Shown: positions 37,382-49,200 of the stretch, piece after piece
Numbering within the stretch: position 1 is the stretch's first letter
Layout: every line of letters begins with the position of its first letter
Assembly (NCBI GenBank): GCA_050084985.1
Contig: JBITNC010000001.1
Location: 125,612,001-125,676,000 of the forward strand
DNA length: 64,000 nucleotides
Direction: 5' to 3'
Source: Nageia nagi
Lineage: Eukaryota; Plantae; Pinophyta
The notes under the pieces: model-generated
Told to the model about the DNA's origin: nothing
Database searches by the model: none
The model's input: only the letters and a program-made list of their open reading frames with translations
Program-made: the position numbers and the translations under genes

Positions 37382-40300
37382 TAGAAAAGTAGGCAAAAAT
37401 ACTAAAAATTTCTCAAAACTCACTACAATTTTCGTAAAGTTTTTTTTTTGAATGTTAGAACAAGTTGTAAAGCTAAAAAGGTATTCAAAAAGTACTTCAA
37501 AATACAAAAATGGACTGCCTAGGGCTAGATGTTCAACCTAGGGCACAATCTTGATCTTTAATTTGTATTATAACTACCCCAAAATGTCATGACCCACCTT
37601 AAGACACTATTTGAATTTGAATACCATCAATGATTTGAATGGATTATATTTGAATAATGCTATGGTAATGATAAGTTTGATAAGAGAATATGTATCATTG
37701 ATGAAAATTTGATGTTGGCTTCAAGATGTTTTGACACAAATCACCTTGAGATGGAGAAGCAATCCAAAGACCCTAAGGACCAAACGTGAATTGATGACTA
37801 GAACAGAAGGGTAAGAAGGAGGAAATGATTGGCATTGATTCGTTGACACACCCTATGACCATTTTAAATCATTTAGTTGCATGTAAAATAATTGCTATGA
37901 TTATCAATTTTTTGATGAAAATATATTTGCAAAAATGTGTGGATTAATCTTACTCTACAAAACGAGGTGACTATCGTAGGTAAAAGGTGTATTTCCCTTG
38001 TTTTGTATTTTTGAAATTCGAATTTGAAATGGAGAGAAAAAAGAATATACCTTCTTTAAATTTGAAAATTTATATAAGGTTAGAAAAATAAATTTAATGG
38101 AATAAAAGTTGAATATGAGTGCCCATACTATTGCCACATGGGGCAAATAGTAAAAACACTATTAGAAAAAGACTAAGGTCTCCTTGTGGTATTACAAGAT
38201 ATTTATTGTTAGGAAAATAATAGAGTAATGACCCTACTTAGTTTTGTTTTCTTATGTTAGGTATGAATAATAGTCGGCTCTAATTTGTTAGTTAATAAAA
38301 AAGGCTCCAAGGTATTTAATACCATTTCAATCATCAACTTTAAGCAAACCTACCCCAAAAATTATTAAAGATGATAGGAGACATTCATTTGGACACACTT
38401 GAACCCCTTTAGCTATAAATAGAAGGGGTGGAACATTAGAAAAACACCTAGCTATCAATCTCTTATTATTTTATTTTTTGTTATTCTCAAGCTTGAGTGT
38501 AGAATTATATGAAAAAAAAGAAGTCTCTCTTTCTTCTCCAAGTCAAGGTACATTCTTTTGCATTTTTATAAAATGTCTAGTTAAAGGAGTTCTCTTTTGG
38601 TGTTATTTAAAATATGTATGGTAGAATTATTTGATAAAAGCCTATGAAATAGTTGATGATAATAACCTTGCTCCATTTGAAATGACATGCTACCTAGCTT
38701 ATTTAGTATACTCATATGATAGTTGGTACTTTTTGTTTTTTGAAAAGAGTATAGTTTAATATTAATTATTTGAAATTTGTTGAGAAAGATTTGAATACAA
38801 ATTCTAGTGGCTTATTACGTTTTTATTTAGTTGATTTGATAATTCCCTTGCCGCATATGTTCATGAATTTAATTACAAACATTTTGAGTCTCTCCTTAGT
38901 TTTCATCCATGCTTCTCATAAGATTTCTATGTTCATTTGAGAATTTTCATAATAGCCTGCACTGAAAATATGTTGGCAAAGGTTTTAGAATTTAACTGTT
39001 TATTCAATCTATGTAATTGCTTTATATCCAACATCTTTCCCATTTCGTCGTTAACACCCTTGTGTATTCCTCTACTATTTGCATAATACTATGGAGGCAC
39101 TTTAGGCCTTAATGTCTGATAGAAAGCCTTTTCAACTACTGTTTGATGATCCTCCATACTTACTTCGCACTCATGCAGGAAAAATGATGAGAAATTTCTT
39201 GTCACCCAGCATTTGCGTTTTCCTTTACGAGTTATTTAGAGTTGATTGAATCCCTTTTTCCTTCGGCAGAGAACCTCTATGAAACAGGCGTGTTCCTCTA
39301 TAAATTGCTACCTGATTAGTCAGAAGTCAAATTCCTTGACCTTCTCACAATGTTGCTTGATGGGTGAATGATGACCAAGGTTCAAGGTCAAAGCTATCTA
39401 TTCCTGCGATTATTGTGAAAACGTAGCCCTTTTTCCTGTGAGTTCGTATTGCCCTCTAGCAAATTCAAAATTCTGTCAAACAGTAAGTCGACCCCCTCTT
39501 CTGTGTATAGTCGAGAACCTTCTAGGAAATCTGTCCTACATTCTTTTAAAATTAACGTAGATACCACTAAGCGCGTTGCTGAGTTCGCCCAAAGTACAAG
39601 AAATAGTAGGAAATTCGTAGTACTACCTGTTGAAACTTTCCTCTTGTTTTCATATGACACTAAATCTGTTTGAAAGTTTATCACATTTTGATGAAAATAA
39701 TGCGTAAATTAAAGTTGTGTTCCAATTTCTATGAAATGGTAAGGTCGACATCGATTAAGCATCCGTGGATAGAAAATCGTGACTTTAAGGTGTATCTTTC
39801 AAAGTGTTTTCACGCTTTTCCCACTCCCCTCTTTGGCACCACATTCAAAGTATCTCAAACGAACGATTCTAGAATTTGATATTTAATTAGTTGAAGTTTG
39901 ATATGTCTAATATATCATTAGAAAAATAAAACAGAGTAAGAAACATAGATTAACCTTTAAAGGTGATAAATATTACCTAATGATTGTAATTAAGTTCGCT
40001 TAGTATAAGATGAAATGGTAATAATGATTTAAGGATTCATTAGAATTTGTTTTGGTTTGGATATTATAAGATTGGTATAATGATTAGTAAGATATTTCGA
40101 ATGATACTAAATGTATCAAATTCTTAATATGTATTACTAAATGAATTATTAAAGATGGGATAATGGATTATGAATTAATGACCAAGGAAAGGAAGTAACC
40201 TTTAATGGATCTAAAATCCTCTTAAGATCTGTAGTAATGGAAATCATGTAATTTTCTTGCATCATGGTCAAACAAAAGGGTTGTCTTGATCCTCCTCCCT

Positions 40301-42163
40301 CCTAGTACTCGACCCATTCACCCATGGTTTATGAAATTGTTTGTTGCTTGAAGATCGATGGAGATGTTCAATAGCTGAAATACGACGATCAAAACTATAA
40401 GGCATGAACGAAGTTGAACCTCAAGCCAATGGATATAACATAACATGACTTAGAGTTGTATTTCTTTACAAGCTATGATGTACTGTCTCTCTTGTAAGAA
40501 CTTGTAATAAATCATGAAGTTTTGTAGATTATTGAAGTAAATATCATTAATTTAAATGCTTTATGGATGGAAATGACCCTTCTATAATTGATTAATGCTT
40601 CTTAGCTTAGAACAAGGTATGATAAATGAAAATGACCTTGTAATTATGCTTTGTGATAGATGATTTTATGAACTGGTTTTCATCCTTTTAAATATACCTT
40701 GTTTATATACGAAAAGTAAATGATTTTACAAAATGGTTTATGTTGTGATCTATTAACTTAATGAATTCCTTTTTATTACGAATGATATTATGATAAATGA
40801 TACGATTACATGAATAGGAGTAGGGATTAATATTTATTGAGTATTACAAATTGACTAAGTAAATAATCTTACTAAAGCTTCTAAAGAAGTAAATCGATTA
40901 GGTCTTTGATTCTAATTAACCCAAAACTATCCCAATGATTTAGAGACAATCCTAAACTAGAGTTAAGGTTCCAAATGACAATTTGTGATCATTTGGGATA
41001 TTTTAAGGACTCTTGGGATCAATATGGATACAAATGGAAACCAATAGGATTAAATAGGGTCATTTAAGATCCTTTGGGATGAATGTCAATAATGTAAGAA
41101 AATGACGAAGAACCTTTGCCAAGTAAACCTACATTGCTAAACAATAAACAAAAAGAATATTCCTTATGTGAGGACCACTTGGTGCCGCATTACTTTTTAG
41201 CAATAGTGGTTGGACCTTACCTCACAACTTGCTACTTTACGTATGCACGAAAACTTTTAAAAAGTAGATTCATATATGCGATACAATGTGTATGGGATAA
41301 ATAGAATTATGTGGCTTCCTAAGCAAGCCTATAATTCGAGACTTCGAGGTACACCTCATAGACAAAGATGAATGGTGTTGAACCCTAGAACTTGTATTGT
41401 ACATGATGTCTTGTACCCTCTTCACTATTTGAGAACATTAGTTTATGGTTAATAGGTCATGGGTGGTTCTTTTTGTCAACACATTTAATAATAAATTAGA
41501 CTAAACAACCACTCGAGGATATTGTTTAATATCCATGGCTCCCCAAGTTATGGGCATGGGGATGCTGAACCACATGGTGGGCTTGGCCGATAGTTATGGG
41601 CAAGCTAGTGATTCATATCCTCTGATAGGTGAGTCAGATGGGGATAAAATAGGAAAACTAACTATTATCGGGTGAAAGTAACTAGTAGTCATACCACTTG
41701 CAGTTACAGATAAGAATATGATAGTTGTTCCATCATAAGGAAGCTTGCTTAGAACAAGCTATTGCTCATATGAGATGGAGAGTTATCATCAGTGATGATG
41801 CTAGCTTAGTGGAAGTGCGATCTCTCAAACGGTATGGGCCTCGAGTAGAAAACCACTACAGTCGTGACAGAAAGCCTATTGCACACGGGACTTGGAATAG
41901 GAATGGTGAGGTTACCTTTGAGGCATCTTCTCAACATGTGGTGAATGTTTAATGAAGTGAACACCAGAAAATTTTATCGAGATCAGGTTACCTTAGGTTC
42001 TTGACCAATCTTGCCAAATGAGTGCTGAAACTAGCTAGCAACATTATGAAGCTCATGTGGAATCGCCTGGTTCATTCCTAGAATATCGAGTGCTAAACTA
42101 AAAAAAAAAAATACGTTTAAAATTTAAGGATTGGTTGATGGGAATATGTGGATGGATTACACA
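37382..42163. mobile_element. Non-coding LTR-like debris of unresolved Gypsy element(s)
   Basis: TATA-like ctataaatagaagggg near 38413 and LTR-end-like motifs (ggtattaca, gagtattaca, ggattacaca). No coding domains or paired ends identified. Confidence 0.35.
38842..39880 (-). other. CpG-rich ~1-kb insert with a decayed unidentified ORF (possible organellar or viral origin)
   Basis: About 25 CpG counted by eye versus very few per kb in the old TE DNA. Long minus-strand frames with few stops, and similar ~20-bp AT-rich sequences on both sides. Confidence 0.5.
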
Positions 42164-42792
42164 AAAATTGGGCAAATCTCCTTGGCTCATTTCTCAGGTC
42201 AAAACTTGCACAAATCCTCTTTTATTTCTCCAAATTGATGGTTGTAGAAAATCTGGGGTTTCAAAGCGTCACATCTGAAACTAAAACTCAAATGAAACAC
42301 ACCCGTAAACCTTGAATGAGTTTACTATAGGAAACTTAAGGCTATTCTTCCTCAAGTTTTATCCAAAGAGGTTGGCCTTCCTTTATGGATCCCACTTTTG
42401 CAGTTGACTGTCCACAGAAGGAAAAAAGATTGTTGCTCCAACAATTCTCCATAGAGCATACTCTAAAATGATGTGTTTCTTCATCAAATAGAAGAGAGTT
42501 AGAGTTGCCACTATCTCCTCTCAAGTCCAATGTTCCATATTACTCCTTGTTGGAGATTTAAGTCTCACTCTTAGATGCTCAAGATTAAGTTTTCACCCTT
42601 AAATTCCCACTTGGACGAGTCACAATAACTCAAAATTTATTTTTTAAACACATGCTAAATTCTAACACCTTATTGATTTTATTTTAACATCTTATTCATT
42701 TTGTTAAAAATAAAAACACAACACACCTTCTAAACATAATAAAGCACACCTAAATAATATTTACAAAACTAGATTGAAAAGAGGACATTACA
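42164..42792 (-). mobile_element. Probable Gypsy LTR 5' fragment
   Basis: Minus strand starts TGTAATGTCCTC, a common gymnosperm Gypsy LTR terminus. No partner found. Confidence 0.4.
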
Positions 42793-43166
42793 TAACTACA
42801 CCCTGAATCATCATTCACATGATAACAAATTTGGACTACAAATATCTACCACAAATCAGGAATCAGGCTAGCTTGCCAAAAGCTATACTTGGAGATTTTT
42901 CATGTATCCCTTTCTCTCTATTTATTGTACTAAAATGTTAAAGTGATATATCTTTGAGTTTCTTACGACCACATGAAGGATTTTTGAAAGCATTAGCTAG
43001 TTGTTGAAAAACAAACACTAAAAGACTGTAAGGACTAAAGTTGTCATGGCTTTATTTATGATAAGGAAACCAAAGAGGCTTCCAGAGGTGTACAAAACAA
43101 TATCGCCCAGACTATAAGTCATGCCCTCCATCATTCAATTACAACATCCTTCTTGTTCTCTAAGAC

Positions 43167-43277
43167 TTACTTTCCTTCAGAGCTCAATTCTCTTCCAAGA
43201 AGAAACAGGCCTACCAGTGTGAACCCGCATAGCACTGTACATGAGTAACAGAGTGCCAATAGACTTCCCCTCAAGGA
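43167..43277 (-). CDS. Exon 9 (SLRGSLLALCYSCTVLCGFTLVGLFLLGRELSSEGK*)
   Basis: atgcag acceptor, TAA at 43169-43167. Confidence 0.92.
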   Translation of the reverse strand, partial: SLRGSLLALCYSCTVLCGFTLVGLFLLGRELSSEGK

Positions 43278-46200
43278 CTGCATTTAATCACCTCAAAAAT
43301 GTTAGGCAACGCATCTTCACACGTCATACAGAAAATGTGTATCCAAATATTTGAATCCTGAAAGAGAATTACCTTTGCAAGTATCAAAGCATTGTCATTT
43401 GCGTACTGTAAGGATTCCTCAGGTATACTCTGCACTGCTGCAGAAAGTTGCCATGAAAGGATTCTGCAAAAAGAAAAAAATGGAGAACATTAGACACCAA
43501 GTTCCAGATCCTTTTTTTTTCTTTACAATGGTATTATTGCATGCTTTTGCTCTAATACAATGAGGGCACATTTATCTTTTGCATAGACCTGATCACCGAG
43601 AGTGAAAAAACTACATTTCAATAGTTATTAACTTATTAGGTCGCAATTCGGCAAAAGCATTTATAATACATACCCGAAAACCAATGCAATGACACTACCA
43701 ATGTATGCCTTTTTTGAACTCAGCTCCACTTGCAAGGTCCCAAACTACAAAAGCAGTATGAGTAAGTAAAATCGTTATCGTGTAATTAAGTTATATATTC
43801 TTCATAATTTTCATGAAGGATACTATATGCAATAATCATGCAATCTGAAGACAACCAAAAGCATTACTCGAGTGCTGCGCTTTTCGACAGGCTGAAAAAT
43901 GAGATTCTTCATAATCATAATCACTATCAGGGTTATCATCTTAAGCAATTAAGGCAATCCACGAGATATCACCTTCAATGTCCGTGTTTGATCCATAGGC
44001 TGCTGCAGTTCTGCTGCACCAGAAGAATTCTTAGCCAATACTTCCCCAGCTGCAATCATTGATTTTGCGATCTGCAACAAGTTTTCAAATATTGTCAACT
44101 GCTTCACAGTAATTACATGAAAATCTATGCACGCTCTTGTTTTCTACTTGAAATTAACATGTGATTCACCCCCTACTCAAGAAAAGAATCATGTCATTGC
44201 ATAATAATAAATTATAAATATTATAAGCGTGAAACACTCCCCTTGTTCAACAATCTCTAAAAGAAGATAACTATTCACAGATAGTAATTTATTGTGTCTT
44301 AATACATTAAACCCAGGGAAAAGGCTGCCAGTGGACTGTCATTATAACACATGAGAAGGCCTGCACAACTTTTATCACCAGCACTAGCGTTCAAGGAGTA
44401 TGTGACAAAGGAGACGTACCTGATTCCTTAAAAAAAAAATCAACGAAATGCCCCAATCCTCCATGAAAGATTCCGAGACACCCTCTAGTGGCTTCTAAAT
44501 ATTTTTGCCAGGAAAGAGGCCAAACCATATGCTAGAGAGTCAATGGATCAATAATAGGCCTATAAGATACCTCTTATTTATCTTGGGTAATTCATAGACG
44601 TATGAGAAACGAATTCCCCATTTTCTCTGGAATAAGCTTTTCTTTAAGATTTGGATCAAGGAAAGGAGGTCTATTAGATCTTGACACTATTTTAAGATTT
44701 TGTTTGTGGGATATGAACAAGCCTTCCTGTGGGGATCCTACTTTTCTAGATATGGTCAAGCATCTTTGAAACATAATCGTTATTAAGCTGATTTACTGCA
44801 TTCCATTCCACTTTTGATGATTTTTTCTTGGTGGTTTAGCTCTTCTTAGTCCCACTGCACGATCCTACCTGACTTCTTCAGCTAGGTTTTTGGAAGACAA
44901 TTTTCTAATTATGTAAATCATCCTTAGAGATTTTTTTCCTATGAAATAGGATTCCGTGTTTGGAGGGATTTCTTCTGTCAAAGTCATTTAACACATGCAC
45001 CTGGTCCATCCACACGTGCAATGTGATTTGATAGGATTTTTTTACATTCTCTACACACTAGGGGATAGATTTGAACATGGCTCTCTCACATCCGATAGTT
45101 TTCAACACCCACTGCTCTCAACTCTCCTATCATGTGGACTTTTTGGAGAACAATTTACTGCACTATCTATTCCAATTAAGAAATCTGAAGTCATATCAAC
45201 AGCATTCATTGAAACATGAAATTTACAAATGAGATTGAGATGTGCAATGTTTTATCTTTCCCAGATGTCCAAAAACAAAAAATTATAAATGGATCAAATG
45301 GAAGAACAGTTGATAGTATACATACCCACACAGATATGTATCTCCAAGGTCCCAAAACGAAAGAACTTTCAAGAATTTGGTTAAAAGCTTAGCTCACAAA
45401 GAGGAACGTTTGGCTAAAGCTTTTTTAAATGAAATGGAAATTCATCATATAAAATAAAAGAGAAGAATTTGTAATCAGAATTCTTCATTCATGGCATTTC
45501 CTCTCCCAGGTGGCATCACGTCCCCTCTCATATGGATCCACTTCTTCACATGCATTGGTATTTGTTTAATTAATAATAAGCCTTCCATGCTATGCAATAA
45601 TAATAACAATAACAATAACAACAACTACTACTATTAGCCTTGTTGTTCAGACATTATTTGAATTGGCTTCTGGGCCATTGAACACATTGGGTAAGCTTGA
45701 ACTTATGGGGTAAGCCTATCTTATAGAGTGTTACCAATGAAAATGAAGAGGCACATTATCACAAGGCCCAAGGCATCCTTCTTTATGTTGAAGGTATTTC
45801 AAACAATATTGGTCATTTTTTTTGAAGAAAGGTATTGTCCAGTTTTCCAGCCCGCTTCCTAACATAAAAATATTCTTAAATCAATGGACTATGTGGACCC
45901 CAAACAAAGAACTGGAATACAAATTATTCCTTGCTCATATGATAAGGTGTACATTGGTGAAACAGGAAGATGAAGGAGCAAACTGAACAAATCCACCGCA
46001 AAAGGACAGGGAAGTCAGCATTAGTTGAGAACAACCATTTATTTTGCACTAAAAGCTCTCATGTGATAGCAAAGAGAATCATTCTTTGAAAGAGGAAGTT
46101 GAGAAAAGCTTTGAGATATAGAAGCACCCAAACAACCTCAACTATTATGATTGGATGAGACTTGAATCAATCATGAAAACCAATGTGTCATATTCTGAAA

Positions 46201-49200
46201 ATTGTTTCCATTAATGGTAATTAAGCCTATTGATTAGGCTTTTGATATTTCCAATGTGTTCCAACTTATCGATCAATTGTTAATATCTTTTTTGGGTCAA
46301 CTGGGGACTTGATAATATCTCACCTGATCCAGTAAGATATCACAATTCACAATGTGGAGACCCGAGGCACCCACCTGACATAGTTAGCTAGCATAATTCA
46401 CATTCTGGGGACCTAGTGGTTACCTCTGGCCTCAGCCTTAAAGTTGAGTGTACGAGCTCTAAACAGCCACGTCACCACTACCCTTCAGCATCATCCATGA
46501 CATCATGCAAAAACATGACATCATCACAGTAAAGTGCTCCTGGGATTTGAAGCAGAGTGAATGTCCAAACTCCATAGTGACCCCAACAAATCAACCAAGG
46601 CTCCATTAGCAATCAATTTATAATCATTGGTTTGAAATAACTTATTTTTCAATTTCTTTTTTAAACTTTCAACAGTACATAAGTAGGACTGTTTCTTGTC
46701 AATGTAAACTAAAGTTTAAATAAGTTTATTGATTTAAATTTAGTAGTTTTGATGAACCTATGCCATATAAAGAGATTTATATAGAATGAATCTTGCAATC
46801 TGATCTACAGTTTTATCCTAGTAATGGGTCACGAGGGGATCTAGAACATCAATTTCTTTTATATTGTTAGAAATAGAATTTTCCAAAGTGTGGCTTCCTA
46901 AGACTATAATTGTTATAGACATGATATCATTAAATATTGAACTTTCAAGGTTGTCAAGGAAGTAACTTTTAAAGTTTTATATCATCAGTCTTATATGATT
47001 AGGTAATGTCAATAATTAAGTCTTTAAGACTTGTATGCTGCCACAAATTCCCCCAATGCCACTTCTTCATGTGCTGCCGTTTTCTTTTCTCTTTACATTT
47101 TCTATATTTCTTCAGAAAGGTCCACCATCTTTTCTTTATTTGCTCTATTTTCTTCCCTTCAGATTTGATACTCAGACTATCCAACGCATCCAAGTACCCC
47201 CCAGATGGTTGAAGGGGCATATTCATTTCCATGTCCCCTGGCCATATTGGGAAGTATTTGTTGAACGACAATTATACATTACTTGTATACCATGGGATGC
47301 CTTCTTTATGCTAGTAATGCTCTCAATAGTAAAACTTGTCTCAAGTCAAAATGAAAGAACATTGTTTCCCAGAATCTTTCTGGATCCATGACCTTACAAA
47401 TCAAATTGAGTATCTCTCCATGCCAATAAATTAAAGAACAAGTTACCATGCATCTAGTGTAAGGGTATGGAATGCCAACCCATGAACCTCAGGAAAACTG
47501 ATACTGGGCTACAACTGCTTTTATATTACATTCCTACTGTTGAGACTTGGCATTGGCAAGCTGATTTTTTGACTCATAGCAACTATACTTGTCCTTGATA
47601 AGGTAAGCGATGAAAACTAACCTTCAATTTTTGCTTTGACATTTCGAACAAGATATTATTTTGATCTTAAGCACAAACATGAAATATTTGTAATGCACAT
47701 CATTCCGTCATTAAATTCTATCGAGTTACATAAGAAAGTTCTTGTACGTGTTGTGATCTTCCACCTTTTAAAATTATTTACATATATTTCTATCTCTACA
47801 TCAAAATTTTGAGTTACTCTTTTCTTAAGTCATGTGCTCCAAAGCTTTTGAATCATTGCACTAGATATCTAAGTATCTTGACCATTTATAAATACAATAT
47901 CTTCTTTGCCAACTTTTCCTCTAGCAGTGCGCGCACGGTGTGACTTACATACACATATGCATCTGAATCTTAGAAATTGACAGTTCTAGAAGTTACTTGA
48001 TTGGGACGGTTTCTTTCCCCTTGCTTGACTTAAATAAGATATTGTAACATCTTGTAGGACCCATTAACCTTTTAAGTATGCAATGTGAAAGTTCTGAAAT
48101 TATACTTAGTTTTCAATATTCATATCGTCAAAGGACATGAAATAACTGCCTGTTAGGATCTGAAAAAGTCCTTCACAACAGAGAGATGGACAACATCTTC
48201 AAAGTCAACAAACATGCAAAAACCATATCATCTTCTATCACAATAAACTGTTTATGACATCATTATACACTTTATTTTTACTATATCTGACATCAAGACA
48301 ACAGCAGTCAAACTTAGCCAGAAAGCGCCTACATTCTTTCTTGTAAATTGACTCCATTAAATTCCTAGCTATTGAACATTGATTGGGCCAACCTGCATGA
48401 TTTTAGCCTACTAGCACTTGCATTTAGTTGGTGACCCCAGTAAGCTACCATTCATTGAACTAATGAAACTCCATATCTCCAACTCAGTTCTTAAAGCAAA
48501 CAGAAAAGAATGTGGCAAAAAAACCAGAGCTCTGACATTAGTAGCAGTATTGGTGAAACTTGCAGCAATACGAAGCTCTATGGTAACAATGAATCTCAAG
48601 AGTTTAGCTTCCATAGATGGTAAGTTCTTTCTGTCCTAAGGCCAACTGAATATCTGTCAATGCATTGACCTTCTTGACTTTTTGTGGCATTTTTGTATAG
48701 TCCATTGCTTGAAGGGAAGATTGTTATTGCAGTTTTAAATAAAGGAAAAGCTGTCTGTTTTCAGTCCACTTTTCAAGGTATATTGAGCCTGTTGTTTAAT
48801 AGTTGAATATTTATTACTAAATGCTATAATTTTACATTCATGCTTCTGGCATTCAGTATTTATTGAATGAAGAATGTTAGTGTTGAACTTGAGCAAAAAA
48901 GGAGAGTAGTCCATGAGTTCTAGAAGGGATGGTTGCAGTTAATGAGTAATGATTGAATGGAAAGGCCAACAGTGACATGAGGATCCCCTTGAATTTGGCA
49001 TGAAATGAAAAAACCTTCTCCTTTAATATTTCAGGGAAAAGAATGTTAATTTGAAGAAGTCAAGATAGATTTCATGATTCAAGTCCAAATTATAACTAGA
49101 CATCATTTCATACTAGAAGAAATATCCAAGCTGAATGTAAAGCATCTACCTCATGTTACTATCAAGTGGAGGGCAGTCCAACAAGTTAGTTTTATCTTCA

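Noticed and set aside
39325-39395. Possible miRNA/TAS3 or C/D snoRNA (ttgacctt...aaggtcaa stem, atgatga, upstream TATA-like motif)
   Set aside because: Only an 8-bp stem, no match to tasiR-ARF or the conserved miRNAs I checked from memory, and no properly placed D box.
45180-45220. Hammerhead ribozyme associated with the Penelope element (ctgaag...gaaac)
   Set aside because: The core CUGANGA is incomplete and no supporting stems are visible.
48350-48720. Opposite-strand ORFs in intron 5 as an alternative exon or nested gene
   Set aside because: No recognisable domain, and the host gene is complete without them.
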